Shown: positions 56,088-63,662 of the stretch, one piece after another
Numbering within the stretch: position 1 is the first letter of the stretch
Layout: the number at the start of each line of letters is the position of its first letter
Virus record (IMG/VR): IMGVR_UViG_3300032799_000186
Coordinates: 1 to 63,662 of that record
Strand: one strand, 5' to 3'
Length of the DNA: 63,662 bases
Source: a virus
Taxonomy: Duplodnaviria; Caudoviricetes
Made by a program: the position numbers and the translations under genes
Notes under the pieces: model-generated
The model's database searches: none
Seen by the model: the letters and a program-made list of their open reading frames with translations, nothing else
What the model was told of the DNA's origin: nothing

Positions 56088-56495
56088 ATGGCTGACTTGC
56101 TGACCGCCGACGCCAAAAAGATGACTGCCCAGCAACGGAGCGAGGCCATGATGCGGGTGGCCATGCAGAGCCCAGACCACCTGCGACAGTGGCTGGAGGC
56201 GAGCGGCCGGCGCTGGTTGGTGTTCGATGCGTCGGCTTTGGTGGAGTCGCTGCCCTGGCCCGGAGGGGTCGAGGCGTTGACCCAGATCGTGGCGTGCTAT
56301 CGAGACCACCGGTCAGTTCAGCCCAGCGGGAGGACGGAGCCGTTGCAGGATCCCATGACCGGGGAGACCATCAACGTGCCGGTGATGAAGGGTGAGACCC
56401 TGGAAGTCGAGGAGCTGGATCGGGTGATTCGGTACCTCATTGGGCAAGCCACGGAGAGGGATCCGTCATGGAAGCTGGAAAACCCGCCGATGTGA
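56088..56495 (+). CDS. Hypothetical protein
   Basis: GGAGG SD before ATG 56088. Confidence 0.7.
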   Translation: MADLLTADAKKMTAQQRSEAMMRVAMQSPDHLRQWLEASGRRWLVFDASALVESLPWPGGVEALTQIVACYRDHRSVQPSGRTEPLQDPMTGETINVPVMKGETLEVEELDRVIRYLIGQATERDPSWKLENPPM

Positions 56496-56719
56496 GCAAG
56501 GGTAAGTATGGCCCCGAGAGCAGGATGTTCGATGCTCTGAAGGGGGCCGAAGTTCTGATTTCCTGGAATAACGGAGACCCGGGGATGCGTGCTAAGCTGA
56601 TTTGGGTGGACCGTTATACTCTGGGAGTGAAACTTCGGAATGGGTCTATGGCGATGGTCTACAAACTTGCCATCAAGTTCATCGAGGCTGGAGATCAGAA
56701 GGACTCACCTCAACCATGA
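56492..56719 (+). CDS. Hfq/Sm-like small protein
   Basis: EVLISWNNG..MRAKLIWVDRYTLGVK..AMVYKLAIKFIE aligns by eye to Hfq Sm1/Sm2 (VSIYLVNG..GQIESFDQFVILLK..QMVYKHAISTV). GTGA overlap. Confidence 0.7.
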   Translation: MSKGKYGPESRMFDALKGAEVLISWNNGDPGMRAKLIWVDRYTLGVKLRNGSMAMVYKLAIKFIEAGDQKDSPQP

Positions 56720-56734
56720 CCAAAGGGACGAAAC

Positions 56735-57358
56735 ATGCCAATGGCGCAACTGCTGCTCAGGGACTACAGTGACTATTTTCTCCAAACCGCGTACATCAAA
56801 AAGCTGAAAGCCTCCGGTGGGTACATTACCGGGGTCAAGATAACACCAGAGCGGATCCAGGCCATAGAGCGGATGGCGATCTGGTGTCGTGAGCGTCGGC
56901 TGGATCCCAGGCACTGGCTCCAGAGCCTGTTCGAATCCCGCCGATGGATCTTCCCGCCGCAGTGGAACCAGTTGACCTCAGCCAAGCACCTCGCAAAGTA
57001 CCCAACCATCCCCGTGAGCCAACCGTACCAGCAGAAGATGCAGAATGAGCTGTTGGTCGGCCAAACGAGGAGGGGGGCCACGTTCGACGTGAACCGGGAC
57101 CTTTCCCCAGCAACCGAGGCCATCAAGGCCAGGCATCTTTACCACCAGGAGTCTGACCGGTGCCAGGCCGGGATGAAGTCTGAGACCATGGGGTACCACC
57201 CCTTGAGCACTGTTTGCGCCAGGTGCCCCCGGGCGAGAGAGTGCGAGCAGGCGTTGAGGGCGCTGGCGAACTTTGACATTGTGGCCTTGCGCCAGGGGGC
57301 GATCTCTCTGGAGCAGGCAGCGGCGCAGGAGCGCAAACGATTCTATGAACGCCATTGA
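56735..57358 (+). CDS. Hypothetical replication-module protein with C-terminal Cys cluster
   Basis: CARCPRAREC. Directly upstream of and overlapping the helicase. Confidence 0.65.
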   Translation: MPMAQLLLRDYSDYFLQTAYIKKLKASGGYITGVKITPERIQAIERMAIWCRERRLDPRHWLQSLFESRRWIFPPQWNQLTSAKHLAKYPTIPVSQPYQQKMQNELLVGQTRRGATFDVNRDLSPATEAIKARHLYHQESDRCQAGMKSETMGYHPLSTVCARCPRARECEQALRALANFDIVALRQGAISLEQAAAQERKRFYERH

Positions 57359-58781
57359 CCGGCAGCCTGTTGCCAGGCAGCCGGCCAATGTCGAGGCCCA
57401 GCCGAACCTTCCCTTCGGTTCGGACTTCCAGGCTTCGCTGTTGCGGTTGCTGCTAGAGGATTCTGGGTTCGCCCATGCGGTCAGCGAACACCTGAACCCG
57501 TCCTACTTTGAGAGTCCCCCGTTGGCCTGGGCGTGGGCTTTCTGCCAGCGGTATCAATCCCAATACGGCAGCATGCCCACCACCCGGTTGCTGTTCGAGC
57601 AATCCCGGAGCGTGGACCAGCGCATCCGACCCCTTTATACGGCCACCATCGAGGTAGTGGCCGCCGCCAGCCTTCGAGAGGAAAAATGGATCCGTGACCA
57701 GGTGCTGGAGTTCATTCGGAGGAACGTGTTCGTCGCGGCGTTCCGGGACTGCAAGGATCTCTACAACGCCGGCAAGGCCACCGAAGCCTACGATTTGATG
57801 ATGGAGCGGATGGAACGGATCCGGATCACGGTTTTTGAACAGGTGGATCGGGAGTGGGTGTGCGCTGGTTTGCCGGCACGGCAATCGGCTCGGCTGGGGG
57901 TTGACGGGCGGAGCGATACGATCACGACTGGGCTCCGGTCGCTGGACAAGGTTCTGGAGGGTGGGTTGCACCTGGGTGAACTGGGGATCTGGATCGCGGA
58001 GCCCAAGACCGGCAAAACCACGATGCTGGTGAACCATGGGATTGCCGGCGCCCGGCTGGCCTTCAAAAACGTCCTGCATTGCGTGTTCGAGGGGTCCAGG
58101 AAACAGGTCGTGAATCGGTATGACGCGGCTTTCAGCGAAGAACTTTACAGTCGGGTGAAGGCCGGCGAGATGGGGGACAAGAAGTACGAGGTCTTGCTGG
58201 CTGAGTACAAGATGCTGTCTAGCAAGCTGGTGGTCCGAGCCTTCACCGAGCGGTGGGATTATTCGGTGGTCGATGTCCACGAGGAAATTCGCACGCTCAA
58301 GCGGGAGCACGGCTGGGAGCCCCAGCTTGTTGTCGTGGACTACGGGGACCTGCTGCGCGGCCGGGAGAAGCACTACAACAGCGAGACCGAAAAGCAGCGG
58401 GCGGCTTATCGGGATCTGAAGTCCCTGGCTAACAGGGGGTATGCGGTCTGGAGCGCCACCCAGAGCAAGCGGCCGAAGGAAGGGGATGAGAACAAGCCCC
58501 GGTGGCTCAGGAGCCGGGACGTGGCGGACTGCTACGACAAAATTCGGGTGTCGGATTTTGGGGGTAGCATCAACCTGACCCTGGAGGAAAAGAACCTGGG
58601 ACTGGCCCGGTTGCTGTTTGAATACTACCGGGATAACGAGGCTGAGAATAGCGTCGTGGTTCGAGCTGACTTTTCGCGGATGCTGATCAAAGAGGAGTTG
58701 GGGTTGACCAGCCCGGCGGTGCCCGGGATGGAATCGAGTAAACTAGGCCAGCTTCCCAGACAGGCACTGGCCCCAATATGA
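57345..58781 (+). CDS. Replicative DnaB/T4 gp41-like helicase
   Basis: AGGAG upstream of ATG 57345. TGLRSLD..GG..GEL, AEPKTGKTT, VVVDYGDLL, WSATQ. Confidence 0.9.
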   Translation: MNAIDRQPVARQPANVEAQPNLPFGSDFQASLLRLLLEDSGFAHAVSEHLNPSYFESPPLAWAWAFCQRYQSQYGSMPTTRLLFEQSRSVDQRIRPLYTATIEVVAAASLREEKWIRDQVLEFIRRNVFVAAFRDCKDLYNAGKATEAYDLMMERMERIRITVFEQVDREWVCAGLPARQSARLGVDGRSDTITTGLRSLDKVLEGGLHLGELGIWIAEPKTGKTTMLVNHGIAGARLAFKNVLHCVFEGSRKQVVNRYDAAFSEELYSRVKAGEMGDKKYEVLLAEYKMLSSKLVVRAFTERWDYSVVDVHEEIRTLKREHGWEPQLVVVDYGDLLRGREKHYNSETEKQRAAYRDLKSLANRGYAVWSATQSKRPKEGDENKPRWLRSRDVADCYDKIRVSDFGGSINLTLEEKNLGLARLLFEYYRDNEAENSVVVRADFSRMLIKEELGLTSPAVPGMESSKLGQLPRQALAPI

Positions 58782-58978
58782 GGGAGGATGCAATGACCCT
58801 GGTCGAGATCGACGCCGAAATTCGTCGCCTGCAAGCGGAGCGGGATCTGATGCGTGAGGCCATTTGGGCGCGGCAGCAACAAGAGTTCGAACGGGAACGC
58901 CAGGAGCGGATGCAGTTGCGGATCGCGGCGGAGACTGGGGGTCGAAACGAACCGGAACCGGAGGGACTGCGGGTGTGA
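58778..58978 (+). CDS. Small coiled-coil hypothetical protein
   Basis: Overlaps both neighbours by 4 nt. An alternative start at 58793 has a GGAGG SD. Confidence 0.55.
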   Translation: MREDAMTLVEIDAEIRRLQAERDLMREAIWARQQQEFERERQERMQLRIAAETGGRNEPEPEGLRV

Positions 58979-60003
58979 ACCCCCTCATCACCCGAGCCAT
59001 CGAGCTGTTCGACCTGTTGGGCTACGTGATCGATCACGGGGGTGAGGAAGCCCAGGTCAACCAGTGGGCGCTGGTGTGCCCAACTTGTGGAAAAAAGAAA
59101 CTGGTGGTGGATCTCGGGCGGCGGGCTTGGCATTGCTGGGTGTGTGAGCAGTACGGGGCAGCGGATGCCCGCACTGGGAAGCGCCAGGTACTCCAGGGCG
59201 CCGGCGGGCTCATCGACCTGGTGCAATTTCTGGAGGGATGGGATCGAAAACGGGCGGCTGAGTTTGTGCTGGCTCAGACCAATCTCCAGCCCCCAAATCT
59301 GGGGCATATCGACGGGGATCTCCGGGCCAGCGTGGCGAAGGAGCTAGATGGGCTGAGAACATTGCCACAACTTTCTTGCCCAGAATGCACGAAAAAGATT
59401 GACGGCGCTATGCCGTATATGGTACAACGAGGGATAAGCATGGAGGACGTTCGGATGTTCGGTCTGTTTTATTGCGACGGAGGGCGTTACCGGGGAAGGC
59501 TGATCTTCCCGGTGTACGAGGACGGCCGGTTGGTCTACTTCCAGGGCCGGGCGATGTGGGAGTCGAAAGAGCCTGGATTTTTGAAGTCGTTGAACCCGGT
59601 GCGAGAAGAGGGCGCGGGGGTGAGCAGTGAGGTGTTGTTCAACTTGGATCAGGCGCGGTTCGCCGCGAGAGTGGCCATCACCGAAGGCCCCATCGACGCG
59701 GTTCACGTTGGGCCGGATGCGGTTTGTACCTTCGGGAAGAAAATCTCCGCGACCCAGATCGCCAAGATGCTGCGGGCTGGGGTCAAGGCGGTGGATTTGA
59801 TCTGGGATGGCCCGAGTGAGCGGGAGCCCCAGGGCGCCTGGCCGGAGATGTTTGCGGTAGCCCCGACGCTGGCCACGCTGTTCGACACCAGGCTGGTGTT
59901 TGTGCCTCAGAAGGATCCGGGGAGCTGGTCTCGGGCTGAGAACGCTTTTTTCAGGACACAGGGGCGTCCTGTGTCCTCTTTCGCCCAAGTGGCCCGACTC
60001 TAG
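58975..60003 (+). CDS. DNA primase (Zn finger + TOPRIM)
   Basis: CPTC..WHCWVC, RLIFP..YFQGR, LFN, ITEGPIDA, IWD. GTG start overlaps the upstream stop. Confidence 0.88.
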   Translation: MNPLITRAIELFDLLGYVIDHGGEEAQVNQWALVCPTCGKKKLVVDLGRRAWHCWVCEQYGAADARTGKRQVLQGAGGLIDLVQFLEGWDRKRAAEFVLAQTNLQPPNLGHIDGDLRASVAKELDGLRTLPQLSCPECTKKIDGAMPYMVQRGISMEDVRMFGLFYCDGGRYRGRLIFPVYEDGRLVYFQGRAMWESKEPGFLKSLNPVREEGAGVSSEVLFNLDQARFAARVAITEGPIDAVHVGPDAVCTFGKKISATQIAKMLRAGVKAVDLIWDGPSEREPQGAWPEMFAVAPTLATLFDTRLVFVPQKDPGSWSRAENAFFRTQGRPVSSFAQVARL

Positions 60004-60022
60004 GGCCTGAGAGGAGAGCGCC

Positions 60023-60283
60023 ATGACCAAGGAAGCGATTTTGGGACCCAGTGCTGACCGAGTAAAAACTGATATGCGAATGCCCCAGTTGCTGGTGAAG
60101 CGGGTCAAGGAGATGTCCGAGGTGCTGGGGGTGCCCCAAAACGCCCTCTACGCCATGGGGGTAGCTTTGTTGCTGGTGACCATGGTCCCGATGGTTCATC
60201 CTGGGAAAAAGCGGATCCAGATGCTCCGGGAGCTGGGGGAACTGTTTCGGAACGTGATTTCTGGGGCTGAAAAAACAGCATAG
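60023..60283 (+). CDS. Small putative ribbon-helix-helix DNA-binding protein
   Basis: GAGGAG SD. RVKTDMRMPQLLVKRVKEMSEVLGVPQNAL fits a beta-alpha-G-alpha pattern. Confidence 0.5.
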   Translation: MTKEAILGPSADRVKTDMRMPQLLVKRVKEMSEVLGVPQNALYAMGVALLLVTMVPMVHPGKKRIQMLRELGELFRNVISGAEKTA

Positions 60284-60328
60284 TTATCTTGTAGTTGCAA
60301 AGAATCGACATCAACCGTCGTTTTTTTG

Positions 60329-60357
60329 TTGACAAGTACGGCATTATGCCGTACAAT
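60329..60357 (+). promoter_or_regulatory. sigma70 promoter with palindromic operator, copy 1
   Basis: TTGACA-17-TACAAT with inverted repeat GTACGGCAT-T-ATGCCGTAC (60336-60354). Confidence 0.85.
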
Positions 60358-60393
60358 GGGATCGGAAGGTAGGAAACAAGAACGGAGGATCCC

Positions 60394-61680
60394 ATGAATC
60401 GCTTTTCCGGTCACGACAAGCGGGTGACGCTGCACCTGGCGCTGCACAGTGCGGTCGCCAGAACTATTCCGGGACTCATCGAGGCCCTGGGGGCGACGGA
60501 GGCGGCTGGCTGGGACCTGGCGCTTGTCCCCCAGGCGGCGGTCGAGGTGATTTACGCCACTTTCGATGAGGCTTTCGAGAAACTGGTGGTGTCGGAGTTC
60601 GAGGCCGATCCCAGTTACCTCATCGACCTGGGTACTGGGTGCCCGGGAACGTGCCCCCTTTGCGGGCACAACCCCATTCGCTGGGTGTTCCGCGTGGTGA
60701 ACCACCGAGAGGGTGGCAGCGCGGTGGAGTGCGGGTCCGAGTGCATCGTGACTTGGGGAATTTCGGTGAAAGGTGCTGAGACCGCTGAGGCGGCTCGGGC
60801 CATCCTGGAGTCCCAGATTCGCAAGGCGATTCGCCGCCTGCTCATCGAGGGGTGGCACAAAGAGACAGGGTTCAGCGCCGGGTGGTTTGCGGCAACTTTC
60901 GAGTCCCTGGAGCGGATCCGGGCGCATCGGGAGCTGCCCTACAACGTGAGGAATGGCGCCTGGCACAAGCGGCGTGACATGCGGAAACTGGAGCGGTTCT
61001 ACAACAGGACTGGCTGGTTGAACACCGAGATCCGGTGGAATGAGCTGGCCAGAATCGTGAACTTCTGCCGGGCCAACGACACGGAGATCAAGCTGCCTTT
61101 CCTGGCCCCCTTTGTTCCCAAGGCGGCGGCCACCAAGGCGGCCATCGAGGCGGGGACGATCAAGACCGAGGCTCTGGCCCCCAAGGGCAAGCCGGTGGAT
61201 GTCAGACCGGTGGGTACACTGGAGTTGCCGCTGTCTCCGAAGGTCGAGGCGGCGCCGGAGGTCGAGATGGTGCCCGAGATTATCACCCCCATCTATCCCG
61301 AGCCCGAGATGGACGCGGAGGCGGCGGCTCGGGAGGCCGAGCTGGCTTGGGTGCGGGAGCAGGCGGCGAAGGACGAGCCCATCAACGACGGTGCCCCTTA
61401 TGCCCCGGGTGAGGAGGCCAAAGTGGTGGCGGCGTTTGAAGTGACGGACGTGATGAGCATTCTGGGCAAGGCCCTGGTGGACGCGGCGGATGCGGCCTTG
61501 ACCCAGGCGGCGGACCTGGCCGAGTGCAAGCTGGCGAAACTGGAGTCCGAGGCCGATGGCGGGATCACCCTGGATGACAGGGTTCCCGAGTATGCCCCCC
61601 CGCCGTCGGTTCCGAAGTCGGCCCAGTTGGCTCTGGACTTCAGCGCGGTGTGCCGGGAACTGGTTTTTCGTGCTAAGTAA
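60394..61680 (+). CDS. Hypothetical protein with Zn-binding motif and acidic tail
   Basis: GGAGG SD. CPLCGHNPIRW..CGSECI. Confidence 0.7.
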   Translation: MNRFSGHDKRVTLHLALHSAVARTIPGLIEALGATEAAGWDLALVPQAAVEVIYATFDEAFEKLVVSEFEADPSYLIDLGTGCPGTCPLCGHNPIRWVFRVVNHREGGSAVECGSECIVTWGISVKGAETAEAARAILESQIRKAIRRLLIEGWHKETGFSAGWFAATFESLERIRAHRELPYNVRNGAWHKRRDMRKLERFYNRTGWLNTEIRWNELARIVNFCRANDTEIKLPFLAPFVPKAAATKAAIEAGTIKTEALAPKGKPVDVRPVGTLELPLSPKVEAAPEVEMVPEIITPIYPEPEMDAEAAAREAELAWVREQAAKDEPINDGAPYAPGEEAKVVAAFEVTDVMSILGKALVDAADAALTQAADLAECKLAKLESEADGGITLDDRVPEYAPPPSVPKSAQLALDFSAVCRELVFRAK

Positions 61681-61725
61681 CCGTAACAACTGTGAAACAA
61701 ATCTTCCAGAAAGTGCATTTTTTCC

Positions 61726-61755
61726 TTGACAAGTGACGGCATTATGCCGTATATT
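61726..61755 (+). promoter_or_regulatory. sigma70 promoter with palindromic operator, copy 2
   Basis: TTGACA-18-TATATT with ACGGCAT-T-ATGCCGT (61736-61750). Confidence 0.85.
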
Positions 61756-61785
61756 GAAGGTGGAGAGAGAAAGGGAGGTCACACC

Positions 61786-62712
61786 ATGGATCGCAAGCCC
61801 GTCGCCATCAAGGTCGAGACCGTCATCATCCCGGGGACCACCGTCCAGATGGAGCGTCTGGTGGGTTTCAGCCACCCGATGATTCCGAAGGTGGATCCGA
61901 CCTACGTATTCCGCCAGGATCTCTGCGAAGAGGTGGGCTACGCCCTCAAGAATGGAACCAACTGCCTTCTGGTGGGTGACACCGGTGACGGCAAGACCTC
62001 GTTGATCGTCCAGCTTGCGGCGTTCCTGAACCGACCTTGCTGTCGCATCAACGTCAACGGCCAGAGCGACCCGGCCATCCTGATCGGTCGGGACATGCCG
62101 GCCGAGGTGGATGGCACCCGGATGCTGACTTACCGCTGGGGTCCGCTGGCCAAGATGATGACTCAGCCTTACGGCTGGTTCATCCTGGACGAGATGGACG
62201 CGGCTCAGCCCGGGGTTCTCCTGGTGCTCCAACAAATGCTGGAGCGTGGCGGGAAGCTGACCCTGGAGGACGCGGCGGCGACTGTGGTCGAGCGGGCTGC
62301 GGGCTTCATGTTCTTCGCCACGGGTAACACGATGGGGATCGCCGGCCGGCACCGGACAATGTACGCCGGGACCAACAGGTGCAACGAGGCCACCCTGGAT
62401 CGGTTTGATTGTGTTATCCACGTGACTGAGATGGATGCCAAATTGGAGGAAGAGGTGGTGGCGGCCAACGCCCCCGGGCTCGACCGGGACTTCGTGAAGG
62501 CTATCATTCGGATCGCCAAGGAGGTCCGGGACCAGCTCCGGGATGACCAGCTCTCTTGCACGTTCTCAACCCGGCGCTGCATCCAGTGGGCTCAGGCGAT
62601 GCGGACGTTCCACCCCCTCCGGGCCGCCAGGCTGAGCGTGCTCAACAAGCTAAACGCTGAGGACTGCAAGGTTCTGGAGGGTGTGATTCAGCGGTACTTC
62701 GGAACCCCCTAG
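61786..62712 (+). CDS. AAA+ ATPase, CobS/CbbQ/MoxR-like
   Basis: GGAGG SD before ATG 61786. GDTGDGKT, ILDEMD, FATGNT, NEATLDRF, FSTR. Confidence 0.88.
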   Translation: MDRKPVAIKVETVIIPGTTVQMERLVGFSHPMIPKVDPTYVFRQDLCEEVGYALKNGTNCLLVGDTGDGKTSLIVQLAAFLNRPCCRINVNGQSDPAILIGRDMPAEVDGTRMLTYRWGPLAKMMTQPYGWFILDEMDAAQPGVLLVLQQMLERGGKLTLEDAAATVVERAAGFMFFATGNTMGIAGRHRTMYAGTNRCNEATLDRFDCVIHVTEMDAKLEEEVVAANAPGLDRDFVKAIIRIAKEVRDQLRDDQLSCTFSTRRCIQWAQAMRTFHPLRAARLSVLNKLNAEDCKVLEGVIQRYFGTP

Positions 62713-62722
62713 GGAGGGCGCC

Positions 62723-63229
62723 ATGAACAGCAGAGAGGGCACCATGAATGCGCTGCTACGATATGATTTGGGGGATGATGCCACTTGGGTAGCCAAGGTG
62801 GAAAAGGTGGGGGAGGACTTTAGACTGAAGATTGCCCACTTTCGGAAGATAGGTTCGCCTGGGGATTCTGATATGGGGGACAAATGGCAGGAAGCTGGTG
62901 TGTTCAAGACTGGGGTGGCGGTGGTCAAGTATGTGCGAGACCTGGCCGCCAAGAAGTTCCCGGATTGGAAACCCACGGTGGACACCTTGGACACGATCAA
63001 GCACCGGACGGCCCAGAGCGTGACCCCGGATTGCTACAGCCCCGTTCCCGAGGGGTCAAAGGCTGGTGGTCGGGGTGACATCGGATGCAAGACTTGCCCT
63101 TACCGCTCGGGGTGCGGTGACCCGGCGTTGGTGAATTTGGGGGCGAAGTTGACGGATCAGGAGAATGAAGGAGATTTCCTGACTCGTTTGCAGCGTAAGG
63201 TGGCGAAAGCCTACGGAAAGAAAAGTTGA
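62723..63229 (+). CDS. Hypothetical protein with Cys cluster
   Basis: GGAGG SD. DCY..CKTCPYRSGC. Confidence 0.6.
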   Translation: MNSREGTMNALLRYDLGDDATWVAKVEKVGEDFRLKIAHFRKIGSPGDSDMGDKWQEAGVFKTGVAVVKYVRDLAAKKFPDWKPTVDTLDTIKHRTAQSVTPDCYSPVPEGSKAGGRGDIGCKTCPYRSGCGDPALVNLGAKLTDQENEGDFLTRLQRKVAKAYGKKS

Positions 63230-63248
63230 GTTTCTAGAACGATTTTTC

Positions 63249-63278
63249 TTGACAAGTGCCGGCATTATGCCGTATATT
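63249..63278 (+). promoter_or_regulatory. sigma70 promoter with palindromic operator, copy 3
   Basis: TTGACA-18-TATATT with CGGCAT-T-ATGCCG (63260-63272). Confidence 0.85.
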
Positions 63279-63301
63279 GATACTGGATGGAGGGACTGAC
63301 C

Positions 63302-63662
63302 ATGGCTACCGGCACAGCACTTTTGGAAAACACCCTAGAGAAGGTGGCTCGCATTATCGCTAGGCGGCGAGGTGTGAAGGTGACACTCCGGGGCGGGGCT
63401 GCCTACGTGGACCTGGACAAGATGGAAGTGGTTCTCCCCCAGGTCACCGACGATCAATACAAACACATGGCCCCCTATCTCGATGGGATCTGCGACCACG
63501 AGACCGGGCACATCTTGTGGACGGATCCAAAGGTCTCCAAAGAGGCGGCGGAAGGAAAGGAGACCAACGGCAAGACCCGGCACATCTTCTGGAACCTGCT
63601 GGAAGATTTCCGGACTGAGAAGTTGACCAGTGAGCAGTACATCGGCTGCGCCCAGAACTTGA
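63302..63662 (+). CDS. CobT-like protein N-terminus (HExxH domain), truncated by the window end
   Basis: Not in the ORF track. GGAGG SD. Translates MATGTALLENTLEKVAR..GICDHETGHILWTD..WNLLEDFRTE and is open to the window end. Confidence 0.75.
   Translation, partial: MATGTALLENTLEKVARIIARRRGVKVTLRGGAAYVDLDKMEVVLPQVTDDQYKHMAPYLDGICDHETGHILWTDPKVSKEAAEGKETNGKTRHIFWNLLEDFRTEKLTSEQYIGCAQNL

Larger units (their letters stand above)
1..63662 (+). mobile_element. Segment of a myovirus-type (contractile tail) phage/prophage genome with Herelleviridae-like head-neck-tail synteny
   Basis: Continuous co-oriented genes: protease, scaffold, MCP, neck, sheath, tube, chaperones, tape measure, baseplate, fibre, lysis, helicases, primase. 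No host housekeeping genes and no integrase are seen. Confidence 0.95.

Noticed and set aside
60196-62421. 741-aa minus-strand ORF, and similar long antisense ORFs (2303..3733, 12096..13592, 29975..31510, 31643..33280, 41756..43507, 44038..45558, 54250..55482)
   Set aside because: They lie opposite well-supported + strand genes and have no motifs or SD. Long stop-free antisense frames are expected with GC-rich codon bias.
1-63662. tRNA/rRNA genes, integrase/att sites, stop-codon reassignment
   Set aside because: No cloverleaf or rRNA-like sequence was recognised and no recombinase was seen. TAG, TGA and TAA all end genes normally with dense standard-code coding.

Overview
The whole window is part of one high-GC (roughly 60%) contractile-tailed dsDNA phage or prophage genome. 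Its structural gene order resembles Herelleviridae (SPO1/Twort/A511-like). Almost all real genes are on the + strand. In order: (1) 1-12.1 kb, two very large multidomain 'polyvalent' head-region proteins (SNF2 + DdrB-like ParB + zeta-type kinase + RelA/SpoT synthetase; MuF + inorganic pyrophosphatase-like + DUF3293-like + JAB); (2) prohead protease, scaffold and major capsid protein; (3) an ~11 kb block of accessory virion or membrane genes, including a stand-alone MshEN-like protein; (4) neck, sheath, tube, chaperones, tape measure, baseplate and fibre genes, with an antisense endonuclease VII-type gene inserted; (5) lysis-like membrane genes; (6) a replication module (SF2 helicase, DnaB-like helicase, primase) with an Hfq/Sm-like gene and two structured non-coding regions; (7) genes behind three near-identical operator-containing sigma70 promoters (AAA+ CobS/MoxR-like and a truncated CobT-like gene). 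The best candidate for a new system is a protease-processed capsid-cargo platform. [LMIVF]-x-K-[SA] sites, abundant in the scaffold and present in the capsid N-terminus, also fall at domain boundaries of the polyproteins. Four of those sites are followed by the same 20-aa tag, GP[FY]IGP[KR]GGK[WY]A[DN]PE[LM]TIxW, each ahead of a different cargo domain. Separately, the 8-mer TCCAGAAA/TTTCTGGA is strongly over-represented. All product calls come from motif recognition by eye, not from database searches.
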